This document shows positions 27,641 through 36,641 of a stretch of DNA of 64,000 bases, in pieces. The position numbers and the translations under genes were made by a program. A model generated the notes under the pieces. The model was not told where the DNA came from. It did no database searches and saw only the letters and a list, made by a program, of their open reading frames with translations. Numbering within the stretch: the stretch's first letter is position 1; each line of letters starts with the position of its first letter. Source of the DNA: an uncultured delta proteobacterium. Its GTDB lineage: Bacteria > Desulfobacterota > Desulfobacteria > Desulfobacterales > Desulfosalsimonadaceae. Location: positions 320,001 through 384,000 of the forward strand of contig CAWGYD010000008.1 of NCBI GenBank assembly GCA_963826785.1. The letters are read 5' to 3'.

Positions 27641-28453
27641 TCACCTGCTTTTAAGAACCGGTTTCAGATGGGTCATCAGCCCGTCCCAGTCCCGGGCGGC
27701 CAGCTCGGCAAACCGCATGCCGTTTTTCGAGTGCTGCTTGTAAAAGGCGATGCAGGCTTTTACGATCTTCAACACCTCGTCTTCCGTATAGACGCCGGGC
27801 AGTTCACTGGCCAGCCGCGGATGGCGGCCCAGTTTGCCCCCCAGCAGCACCCGGAAGCCGCGGCCGCCGATGCTTAAGGCGCCGGTGGGGCATGCGGCCG
27901 TGCACTTTCCGCAGGAAAGGCACTTTTCCCAGGCAACAATCGGTTTTTCAAGATCTTCATCCAGGAGAACCGCCCCCTCCCGGCAGGCATCGACACATTG
28001 GCCGCACATGGAGCAGGCCTGATCGGAGACTTCCGGCCAGGCCGCTCCGATAATGCCGATGTCCCGGATCTGGGGCTGGGAACAGGCATTGGGGCAATCT
28101 GAAATCGAGACGCTAAATTCGTGGTGGAACTTGAGCGAACCCGCCACCTGCTGTTTCAAGAATCCAAGCAGGTCTTCTTTTCTAAACAGCGCTTCCAAAT
28201 CACGGACCAGGTTCAGGGAGTCGTTTGCCCGGTTGGGGCAGCCGCCCGGCCCGAAACAGGAATCGATCCGGTATCCCTTTACGTCCTCTTCCATCCGGGT
28301 CAGGTATTGCTTCCTGGCGGCATGCATGTCATCGATGGTAACTTCCTGTCCACCCGATTCCGCCGCCAGCGCTTCCACCTTGGCCCGGACGCGCTTTCGG
28401 ACAAAAAACGGGACTTTTTTAAGGGCGGCATCCGCCTCGGGAGTCCATTTCAT
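27641..28453 (-). CDS. Sulfite/nitrite-reductase-like 4Fe-4S protein with an N-terminal PCP_red-like domain
   Basis: MKWTPEA...VPFFVRKRV; CFGPGGC and DCPNAC (siroheme-site-like CX5C, CX3C); ferredoxin motifs CSMCGQCVDAC and CLSCGKCTAACP; GGKLGRHPRLA. Confidence 0.85.
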   Translation of the reverse strand: MKWTPEADAALKKVPFFVRKRVRAKVEALAAESGGQEVTIDDMHAARKQYLTRMEEDVKGYRIDSCFGPGGCPNRANDSLNLVRDLEALFRKEDLLGFLKQQVAGSLKFHHEFSVSISDCPNACSQPQIRDIGIIGAAWPEVSDQACSMCGQCVDACREGAVLLDEDLEKPIVAWEKCLSCGKCTAACPTGALSIGGRGFRVLLGGKLGRHPRLASELPGVYTEDEVLKIVKACIAFYKQHSKNGMRFAELAARDWDGLMTHLKPVLKSR

Positions 28454-28525
28454 TTGATCAAAGCTTCCTCTTTACAGGCTGTGGGTATTGTTTTTGTCGC
28501 AAAATCCGGTTATTGATTACCTCAC

Positions 28526-28555
28526 AGTATATAAATCCGCCTTGACTTATGTCAA
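28526..28555 (-). promoter_or_regulatory. Crp/Fnr-type palindrome overlapping a sigma70 promoter
   Basis: TTGAC-TTAT-GTCAA at 28542-28555; minus strand TTGACA-18 nt-TATACT. Confidence 0.7.
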
Positions 28556-28582
28556 AGCCATAAAAAAACGACTGAACGGAAT

Positions 28583-29293
28583 ATGAGAAATATGGCAACC
28601 CCGCTTCGCGACACCGCATCGGAATCCATCCTCTTTAAGGACCTGCCCGGCCACCACCTGGACGCAATCCTGAACATCGCCGTAGAGAAAGAAGTCTCCC
28701 GGGGAGAGTTGATCTTTTCGGAAGGCGACCCGGGCAGCGGCATTTATCTGATCATTTCCGGCCAGGTGAAAGTGTTCAAGCTTTCCATGGATGGCAAGGA
28801 AAAAATCCTGCACATGTTCGGCCCCGGCGAACCGTTTGGCGAGGTGCCGGTTTTTTCCGGCCAGGCCTACCCGGCAGCGGCCGAAGCCGCCCGGAATTCG
28901 CGGCTGCTGTTCATTCCCAGAAACAAATTTATCGAGCTGATCACCACGGACCCCACCCTTGCATTAAACATGCTGGCCGTCCTGTCCCGGCGGCTGAGGG
29001 GTTTTACCATCCAGATCGAAAACCTGGCCTTGAAGGAAGTGCCCAATCGACTGGCCGGATACCTGATTCTCATGGCAAAAGAACAGCAGAACACGAAATC
29101 AATAGAGCTGCACATTTCCAAAGGGCAGTTGGCAAGCTTCCTGGGCACCATCCCGGAAACCCTCTCCCGCATCTTGAAGAAGATGAGTGATCAGGGGCTG
29201 ATTCAGGTGGAAGGACGAAAAATCAGGCTGACGGACTACGGCAGCCTGACGCTGCTGGCGGAATCCGGCAGGCTGGAAGACATGGAAAATTAA
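28583..29293 (+). CDS. Crp/Fnr family transcriptional regulator (HcpR-like)
   Basis: cNMP-binding-like domain (IFSEGD, GEPFGE); HTH LASFLGTIPETLSR; no Fnr Cys cluster. Confidence 0.88.
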   Translation: MRNMATPLRDTASESILFKDLPGHHLDAILNIAVEKEVSRGELIFSEGDPGSGIYLIISGQVKVFKLSMDGKEKILHMFGPGEPFGEVPVFSGQAYPAAAEAARNSRLLFIPRNKFIELITTDPTLALNMLAVLSRRLRGFTIQIENLALKEVPNRLAGYLILMAKEQQNTKSIELHISKGQLASFLGTIPETLSRILKKMSDQGLIQVEGRKIRLTDYGSLTLLAESGRLEDMEN

Positions 29294-29500
29294 AACAGAG
29301 GTCACTCTGGGGCCGATCGATTCAAATGGAGGCCGATGCGAAACGCACTACGATAAAAGAATGTGCGCAAACACTGGCATACTGCAAATTTTGCTTGACA
29401 AGCACCCGAGACGATGTGGCACAATGTGGCATTACATATATTCCTAATTTGATGGCGAATTTTTTTCACTGGAAAGCACCTGGTGTCGTGACACAAGTAA

Positions 29501-29935
29501 ATGGAACCCTCTCTTTTTAAGACATATCGCAACCGGCTGAGCAAAACCCAGGAAAAAATGGCGCAGCTCCTGGGACTCTCGGTCAAGGCCGTCCGGAGCT
29601 ACGAGCAGGGCTGGCGGGCGATTCCGGTGTACGTGGAACGCCAGATGATGTTTCTGGTTTCACGCAAGGAGGCGACCCTGAATCCACCCAGACCTTGCTG
29701 GGAAGTGATGAACTGCCCCGAGAAAAGGCGAAAGATATGCCCTGCCTGGGAACTGAACACGGGCGATCTCTGCTGGTTTATCAATGGGACCATCTGCGGC
29801 GCCGTTGTTCATAAAAACTGGAAAGATAAAATCGAAATCTGCAAGAAATGCCGTGCATTCCCCGCCATCCTGCATACTGTCCCCCCGCCGGCCGGTGCCA
29901 TGGAAGCCGGTGCCAGCTGCAAAGACCTGATCTGA
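29501..29935 (+). CDS. XRE-type HTH regulator with a C-terminal Cys-rich two-CW-like domain
   Basis: KTQEKMAQLLGLSVKAVRSYEQGWR; CWEVMNC...CPAW...CWFINGTIC...CKKC. Confidence 0.8.
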   Translation: MEPSLFKTYRNRLSKTQEKMAQLLGLSVKAVRSYEQGWRAIPVYVERQMMFLVSRKEATLNPPRPCWEVMNCPEKRRKICPAWELNTGDLCWFINGTICGAVVHKNWKDKIEICKKCRAFPAILHTVPPPAGAMEAGASCKDLI

Positions 29936-29981
29936 TAAATATTTTTTTCTGGTTCTCCCGAAAAATCCAGTAAAGTTTTTC

Positions 29982-30066
29982 TCCCCCCTTTTGAAAAGGG
30001 GGGCGGGGGGGATTTCTCCCGGGAGGCACCAAAATCCCCCTAAATCCCCCTTTTCAAAAGGGGGAC
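29982..30066. repeat. REP-like inverted doublet of G/C hairpins
   Basis: CCCCCCTTTT-G-AAAAGGGGGG...GGGGGGATTT facing AAATCCCCC...CCCCCTTTT-C-AAAAGGGGG. Confidence 0.75.
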
Positions 30067-30352
30067 TTAAATCCTATTCCTTGGTCCTGCAAGGCGCACC
30101 CGCCCGAATCATGCGCGGCGAAATCCATTTTTTCCGAAGATAAATCCTCAGCCGCCTGTCGATGGCACAAAATAATACTTGGGTGTGAAAAAATTATCCG
30201 GCCCACCGCATGAAACCGGCCGGTTCTGGAAATTATTTCGCACCCGGATTCTTCCCGCAAATTTTAATCCCCCTTTTTCCACAATCATAAGCTATTATTA
30301 TAATGATTTATTTTTCCGTGTCCGCATAGAAAATGACGACTGAGCCTGTTTC

Positions 30353-30368
30353 TGGCATATCGGTTGCA
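30353..30368 (+). promoter_or_regulatory. sigma54 (-24/-12) promoter
   Basis: TGGCATATCGGTTGCA: GG-N10-GC about 65 bp upstream of the lipoprotein start. Confidence 0.75.
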
Positions 30369-30433
30369 GATAAACCTTGGATAAAAGTGTGAATTCCAAA
30401 CGGACACCAAAGAAAAAGTAAGAAGGAGCAGGA

Positions 30434-31493
30434 ATGAATCTACCCAAATGTATAGGACAAGCACAACGAATCCACTTTGCCCCCCTCCCCGGGAGCGAAA
30501 AAATTGCCGGAACCATCCTTGCGGTCATGATGCTCTTTTTTTTCTCCATCATGCTGACTGGGTGCGGCGGTGGATCATCGGGAACCGATGAAAACGGCAT
30601 CGCCATGAATGCGGACAGACGGCACGGCCATGCATACCGGCACTTTCATCGACAGTCCCGTGGCCGGCCTGGATTACCATTCCGCCTCGGCCCAGGGGCA
30701 GACCGATGAAAAAGGACATTTCATGTATGCGGATGGCGAAATGATGCAATTTTCCATAGGGGATGTGGTTCTTGGAGAAGCCATGGCCGATGACGTGGTG
30801 ACCCTGATGGATTTGATCGGAGAAGCCCGGCAGGATCAAGGGGTCACCGATCCCATGGCAACCAATATGGGACGCTTCCTGCAGTCACTGGATGCAGACG
30901 GCGATCCCGAAAACGGGATCACCATCACCCCCGAAGTCAGGGATGAAGTCATGGGCCGGATGATCGATTTTGAGCAGAGCATCGCCCAATTCGAAAACGA
31001 CCCGTTCATTTCCGCCTGTTTTGATACCTTAAATGCCCTGGATCTGCCACACGCCGGTCAGGCCTGGGAACTCTGCCCGGTGGATACGGCATGGGCGCAC
31101 ATGGTGGACCACATGGGCCAGTACATGCCGGAATGGATGGTCGATCAAATGGGAGGCGGCAGCAACGGCGGAAACGTGGCGGATGCCCCAGGCGCGGATT
31201 ATCCCATGGGTGGAATGATGGATGGCGATATGATCGATCTCATGGACGATCATATGGGAACCGGAAGCGGTGATGCTTTCCCTGTCAATGGTATGACGAC
31301 CGGCGACATGATCGATTACATGGACGACCACATGGGAACCGGCGGCACGAACCCGCATCCAATGGCTGGTGACAGCAATAACCCGCCCTTAAGCAATGAT
31401 TCGCCCTCAAACAGCACTGCCGGCAACCAGATGGTTGACGGCATGTATGGCTATGGCGGGATGATGTCCGGCGGCGGGCACATGGGAATTTAA
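30434..31493 (+). CDS. Met/His-rich lipoprotein (putative Cu/Ag binder), split by a frameshift near 30611-30616
   Basis: Lipobox MLTG-C-GGGSS; removing one base joins it to GTFIDSPVAGLDY...; DADGDPENG Ca-loop-like motif; C-terminal repeats GDMIDLMDDHMGTG and GDMIDYMDDHMGTG. Confidence 0.75.
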
Positions 31494-31502
31494 AAAGGAC
31501 GG

Positions 31503-31537
31503 GAGGGGCCGGGGCGCCGGGGCCTGGCCCCTCTTTT
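31503..31537 (+). terminator. Rho-independent terminator between convergent genes
   Basis: GAGGGGCCGGG...CCTGGCCCCTC-TTTT. Confidence 0.65.
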
Positions 31538-32906
31538 ATGATTTGATCCCGTATCTTTTCAGTTTCAGCTGAAGGGTCCGGCGGCTGATACCCAGGATAT
31601 CGGCGGTTCGGGTCCGGTTGCCCCCCGTTTCGTCCAGAGTCCTCAAGATCATCTGTTTTTCCATCTCCCGGATGGTCTGCCCCGCGGCAATATCAATCCC
31701 TTCCTCTCCCTTTTCACCGTTTAAGGAACGGATCGTCTCCGGCAGGTGCTCCAGGGTGATCACCTCCCCCCGGGTCAGGATCACCGCACGCTCGATGGCG
31801 TTCTCCAGTTCCCTGATATTCCCCGGCCAGGAATATCGCATCATCAAATCTCTGGCCCGGGGCGTGAACCCCTTGATGAGACGGTGGTTTTTTTCGGCAT
31901 AAATCTTTAAAAAATGATCAGCCAGGAACGGGACATCCTCCCGCCGCTCCCGCAGGGGCGGAATCCGGAGGGAGACAACGTTTAACCGGTAGTACAGGTC
32001 TTCGCGGAACCGGCCGCTTTCGATTTCTTCTTCCAACACCCGGTTGGTGGCCGCGATCACCCGGATATCGACTTTCACCGTCTGGGTGCTTCCCAGGGGT
32101 TCAAATTCCTGCTCCTGGAGCACCCGCAGGATCTTGGCCTGGGTGGTGGGGGGCATTTCCGCGATCTCGTCCAGGAAGATCGATCCGGCATGGGCCTGGC
32201 GGAAACGGCCCTGCTTTCGGGCCACCGCGCCGGTGAACGCCCCTTTTTCGTGCCCGAACAGTTCGCTTTCCAGCAGGGTTTCGGGCAGTGCCGCGCAGTT
32301 GATCTTGATGAACGGCTGCGCCTTCCGGGCGCTGTTTTCATGAATGGCGTTGGCCACCAGTTCCTTGCCCGTACCGCTCTCTCCCAGCAGCAGGACCGTG
32401 GCATCGGACGGGGCGACCAGGGACAGGGTTTCGAACATTTCAACCATGGAGGCGCTCCGGCCGATGATTTTAGGAAAATCGAACCGCTCGCTGATGCGCT
32501 CCTTCAACAGCCGATTTTCCACCTCCAGCTTGAAATGCCGCAGGGCCTTGTTCACATGGATCTTTAGCTCATCGATATCCAGCGGCTTGGTGAGATAGTC
32601 GAAAGCGCCGGATTTAAGGGCGTCCACCGCCGTATTGACCGAGGCATAGGCCGTCATGATGATCACCGGAATACCCGGGCTGATCCCCCGGATGAGCTTC
32701 AAGGCTTCGATCCCCCCCATCCGGTTCATCCGGATATCCATCAGGACCAGGTCATAAAACCGCGCCTCCACGGCATTGACCGCTTCCCGGCCATCGCCTG
32801 CGTGGGTGATGTCGAAGCCCTCCGCCGAAAGAACCGCATCGAGCATCTGCAGGTGGGCGGCATCGTCATCCACCACCAGAATGTGGGGTCGTATGTCTAC
32901 TTCCAT
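31536..32906 (-). CDS. sigma54-dependent response regulator (ZraR/NtrC family)
   Basis: REC domain, GESGTGKE, ESELFGHEKGAFTGA, WPGNIRELEN, Fis-type HTH. Confidence 0.93.
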   Translation of the reverse strand: MEVDIRPHILVVDDDAAHLQMLDAVLSAEGFDITHAGDGREAVNAVEARFYDLVLMDIRMNRMGGIEALKLIRGISPGIPVIIMTAYASVNTAVDALKSGAFDYLTKPLDIDELKIHVNKALRHFKLEVENRLLKERISERFDFPKIIGRSASMVEMFETLSLVAPSDATVLLLGESGTGKELVANAIHENSARKAQPFIKINCAALPETLLESELFGHEKGAFTGAVARKQGRFRQAHAGSIFLDEIAEMPPTTQAKILRVLQEQEFEPLGSTQTVKVDIRVIAATNRVLEEEIESGRFREDLYYRLNVVSLRIPPLRERREDVPFLADHFLKIYAEKNHRLIKGFTPRARDLMMRYSWPGNIRELENAIERAVILTRGEVITLEHLPETIRSLNGEKGEEGIDIAAGQTIREMEKQMILRTLDETGGNRTRTADILGISRRTLQLKLKRYGIKS

Positions 32907-34609
32907 CAGTCGCTGACCTCCAGGTCCAAAGGAATATCAATGGTGAAGCGGCATCCGGACGGCCGATCCGGAAGCGGGCTTTCCAGGTGAATTTTGCCCC
33001 GGTGATTTTCCACGATCCGGGAGACGATGGCCAGGCCCAGGCCGGTCCCCTTGTCCCGGGTGGTGAAAAACGGATCGAATATCCTGGCCTGCTGTTCAGC
33101 GGAAATACCGCCGCCGTTGTCCTGCACCCGAAACGACAAATGCGTTTTTGACCGGACTGCGCCAATCTCGACCTGCCCCTTGCCGCCGGACACCGCCTGC
33201 AGGGAATTAAGCATCAGGTTGAGCAGAACCTGGGTCATGAGATTCTCATCCATCATAACCGGTTCCATTCCCGGCTGAACGTGCATGATCAGCTCGATGC
33301 CCTTTGCAGCGGCATCCCCTTCCACCAGGCGAACGGTATGGTTCACCAGTTCCCCGGGATCCACTAAAGAAAGCTCCAGTTCCATGGGCCTGGCGAAATT
33401 GAGCAGATCTGTGACCACCCGGTTGATCCGATCCACCTCCTTGACCATGATGAGTGCATATTCCCGATCCGTGGGCCGGTCTTTGAGCACATGGCCAAGA
33501 AACCGGGCAAAACCGCGGATGGAACTCAGCGGATTTCGAATTTCATGGGCTACGGATGCCGCCAATTTGCCTAGTGCCGCCAGTTTTTCGGTCCGCCGCA
33601 CCTTATCCTCCAGCCGCTTGATCTCCCTTAAGTCCCTCAAGATGATCACCGCACCCAGGCATCCCGATTCGCCCTCCAGAATAGGGGTCACGCTGACGGC
33701 CAGGGGCATCCCCTCTTCCGCCGGCCCGTTGATCCGGATTTCACGGTCCATGACGGGAAGGCATTCGGCAAGTGTTTTTGAAATGCCCCAATCATCAAAA
33801 TCGATCACACCGTCCAGGCGCATGCCACGGGCATATGACGGGTCCAATCCCAGCAGTTCCAGCCCCAGGCTGTTGTGGGAAATGATGCGGCCTTCGGCAT
33901 CGATGCTCAGCAGGCCATTGGCCATGCTGTCCACCACCTGCCGGGTGTAATCCTGGATCTTCTTGAGCTCTTGATTCATCCGGTGATAGCGGTTGATCAC
34001 GAACATGAAAAAAATCCCGCCGCCCCCCAGCAGGATCAGGATCGTCATCATGATAATGGCATGATGGAAATCCTCGTGCCGCGCGGAAGCAAACGTTGAC
34101 ATTTTCAGGCCGATCACGATGACGGCATGGTCATAGCGGTCTAAAGGAGCGGATTCTCCCTTTTCCGAGGCCATATCGAACTGTTTGGCCAGTTCATAGA
34201 CGTTTGCGCCCTGACGGTCCGTCCGGATGCGGCTGATGATATGCCCGCTCTTCAGCCCGTCCGGAGCCCATATCCCGTCCGGTACCGGATCAGATCCGGA
34301 TGACCGGTGCAGGAGGCGATGGCGGGCATCCGCAAGGTAGATGTAGGCCACGGAATCGTTTTTCGCAGCCTCATGGATCAGCCGGTCCATGGCGTGGTCC
34401 CGGGTTCCCGGCAGCGTGGTCAGCGCCCGGCCGCCGGCTTCCATGACATCGATAATCGCCACCCCCTGCTGGCGGAGGAACGTCAGGGCATGCGTCCGTG
34501 CCCGGTTGAGGTTCCAGTAAGTGGAAAATCCGATGAACACCAGGAGCACCAGTACGACGATGACGATGATCAGGGCGGGAATATAGAGTCTTCGGGATTG
34601 GTGGTTCAT
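32906..34609 (-). CDS. Membrane sensor histidine kinase (ZraS-like; periplasmic domain, PAS, HisKA, HATPase)
   Basis: Two TM helices, [31 protein letters not shown]; 1-nt overlap with the regulator. Confidence 0.9.
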   Translation of the reverse strand: MNHQSRRLYIPALIIVIVVLVLLVFIGFSTYWNLNRARTHALTFLRQQGVAIIDVMEAGGRALTTLPGTRDHAMDRLIHEAAKNDSVAYIYLADARHRLLHRSSGSDPVPDGIWAPDGLKSGHIISRIRTDRQGANVYELAKQFDMASEKGESAPLDRYDHAVIVIGLKMSTFASARHEDFHHAIIMMTILILLGGGGIFFMFVINRYHRMNQELKKIQDYTRQVVDSMANGLLSIDAEGRIISHNSLGLELLGLDPSYARGMRLDGVIDFDDWGISKTLAECLPVMDREIRINGPAEEGMPLAVSVTPILEGESGCLGAVIILRDLREIKRLEDKVRRTEKLAALGKLAASVAHEIRNPLSSIRGFARFLGHVLKDRPTDREYALIMVKEVDRINRVVTDLLNFARPMELELSLVDPGELVNHTVRLVEGDAAAKGIELIMHVQPGMEPVMMDENLMTQVLLNLMLNSLQAVSGGKGQVEIGAVRSKTHLSFRVQDNGGGISAEQQARIFDPFFTTRDKGTGLGLAIVSRIVENHRGKIHLESPLPDRPSGCRFTIDIPLDLEVSD

Positions 34610-34672
34610 GTGCAGGATATCGGTCTAAAAAGGTAAATGATGTGAAATAAAATAGCAGTTTCGGAAATAGGG

Positions 34673-34720
34673 TGCAAACATTTTACACATATAAAACACG
34701 GAAGCGCGAAATTTATTCGC
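34673..34720. promoter_or_regulatory. Candidate tandem enhancer (UAS) sites for the sigma54 activator
   Basis: GCGAA-ATTTA-TTCGC (34706-34720) and a degenerate copy GCAAA-CATTT-TACAC (34674-34688); a similar TGGAA-ATTAT-TTCGC lies at 30227-30241. Confidence 0.45.
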
Positions 34721-34862
34721 ATCATCTTATTGCCTTCAAGTGTTAAATTTTCCCGGCGCCCGGCGCCGGGAAAATTTCCAGTAACGCCTTTTCGTGGAGG
34801 AAAAGAGCGGGTCACATTGCACGCCAGGCATGTCCGTGGCGGTACCCGGTGACATGGAATAA

Positions 34863-34881
34863 TTGGCAAAAGCCGTGCCAA
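34863..34881. promoter_or_regulatory. Palindromic sigma54 site readable on both strands
   Basis: Minus strand TGGCACGGCTTTTGC (full consensus); plus strand TGGCAAAAGCCGTGC (GG-N10-GC). Confidence 0.65.
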
Positions 34882-35108
34882 AAGTTAAAAATCATGGCGG
34901 CTTTCGATAGTCATTTGAATTCCATAATGATTTGGACATCTATGGCTTTCGATGTTACCTTTTCATCATCCCGCGGAGCATGCGGAGTATATGCAAGGCA
35001 ATCTGAACTACCGATGATTTTATCACCGCGAGCAATGACTTCTGCCATCATATGAGAAACTTGCAATGCGCTTGACGATATGCCGTCAAACATTTACATT
35101 ATACGTCT

Positions 35109-35123
35109 TGGCATGGTTTTTGA
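35109..35123 (+). promoter_or_regulatory. Possible sigma54 promoter for cusCBA (-12 GA variant)
   Basis: TGGCATGGTTTTTGA. Confidence 0.45.
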
Positions 35124-35135
35124 TCTATCATCTTT

Positions 35136-35267
35136 GATGAACCCGCAAAAAGTCCAAAGTTCGTCACTCCGGTGAAAACCGGAGTCTATAACCAACTTAG
35201 TTTGTAGTAGATTCCGGCCTCCGCCGGAATGACGAAAGCGTAAAATCCGACTTTTTACGGCTTCATC
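35136..35267. mobile_element. 132-bp MITE-like element with 19-bp terminal inverted repeats, 6-bp flanking direct repeat and internal REP-like hairpins
   Basis: Left GATGAACCCGCAAAAAGTC, right GACTTTTTACGGCTTCATC (17/19 match); ATCTTT at 35130-35135 and 35268-35273; internal ACTCCGGTGAAAACCGGAGT and ATTCCGGCCTCCGCCGGAAT. Confidence 0.8.
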
Positions 35268-35302
35268 ATCTTTCAAGCAATTACAGAAAAGAGGGGATAA
35301 CG

Positions 35303-36641
35303 ATGAAAAGGGGACGGTGGGTCACGGGTATATGGATGGTCATGCTTTCAGGGGCGGTGCTGCTCACGGGGGCTTCGGCTTTCGCCGGAAGCCCCATCTG
35401 GGCCCCGCCGGTTTTAGACGATCTCATCGCCGAGGGCATTGCCAATAACCAGTCCATCAGCAGCATGCGCCAGGAGATTGCCGCCATGGCAGACCAGGTG
35501 CCGGTGGCCGGCACCCTGCCCGACCCCATGCTGGGGGTGGGTCTGTTAAATTTGCCCACCAACAGCTTTTCATTTGACCAGGAACCCATGACCCAAAAGC
35601 AGATTTCGCTCGAACAGCAGGTCCCCTGGCCGGGAAAGCTCAGCCTCAAATCGAAAATGGCGGCCCAGGCCGTCGGCAGCAAAGAGGCCCTTTTAAAAGC
35701 CGAAATCCTCGCCCTGTCCCAGAAAATCGCGGAGGCCTGGTATGAACTCGGCTATGTGGAAAAAAGCCTTCAGAACAATGCCCGCCTGACCGACCTGGTG
35801 AACCAGATCAAAAGAGAAGCCCAGGACCGGTATGCGGTGGGACGCGGACTCCAGAACAACATTTTCCAGTCGGAAATGGAGTTGAGCAAACTCTCCACGG
35901 AAAGGATCATGCTGGAAAACCAGCAGCGCACCATACAGGACCGGCTCAATATGATGCTAAACCGCAACCCGTATCAGCCTGTGGCCCCCGCCGGCCGGAC
36001 TGGAGGACAAACTTCCCGATTTTTCGCTGCCCGAGGCCAAGAACGCGGCCCTTCAATACAATCCGGAACTGGCCGCCAAGCAGTACGAAATTTCCCGGGC
36101 CGAAACAGCCGTCGAACTGGCCAAAAAGGATTACCTGCCGGACATGGGATTCAAGCTTGCCTACGGCCAGCGGGATGAGGACATGACCGGACGTAAACTC
36201 CCCGACTTTGTCTCCGGCTCGGTAATGGTGAACCTGCCGGTCTGGCACCGGACCAAACAGGACAAGAACCTGGACGCTGCCGTAAACCGCTTGCAATCGG
36301 TCAAATCGGCTTATGCCCACCTGGAAAATACGCTTCCCCTGCGGGTGGATGCGCTGGCCGTGGAACTGGCGGATACCCGACAGCGCCTGGCCGTGTACAC
36401 GGAAGAATTGATCCCCCAGGCCCGGGAATGGGCACGGTCGGCAAACGACGCGTACCAGGTGGGGGAGGTGGAATTTGACACCATGATACAGGCGGCCATG
36501 CGGGTGCTCAATTACGAACTTGCCGCCGAAAAGCTCCGGTTTGCCCTGTATCAGAAACTGGCCGCCCTGGATCAACTGGTGGGCCGACCGGTTGCGGATA
36601 TCGCCGCGTCCGGCGACCTGAACATCCCGGAGGAAAAATGA
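35303..36641 (+). CDS. TolC-family outer membrane factor (CusC-like), split by a frameshift in the C-run 35985-35989
   Basis: LPDPML, EQQVPWPGKL; removing one C restores VAPPAGLEDKLP...NPEL...AKKDYLPDMGF; YQVGEVEF. Confidence 0.85.

Noticed and set aside
31224..31343. Spaced direct repeats as a possible mini-CRISPR
   Set aside because: Only two copies, in frame within a coding region, differing mostly at synonymous positions; no cas genes
34849..35276. Short ORFs in the kinase-cusC spacer
   Set aside because: No RBS or family motif; they overlap promoter elements and the MITE
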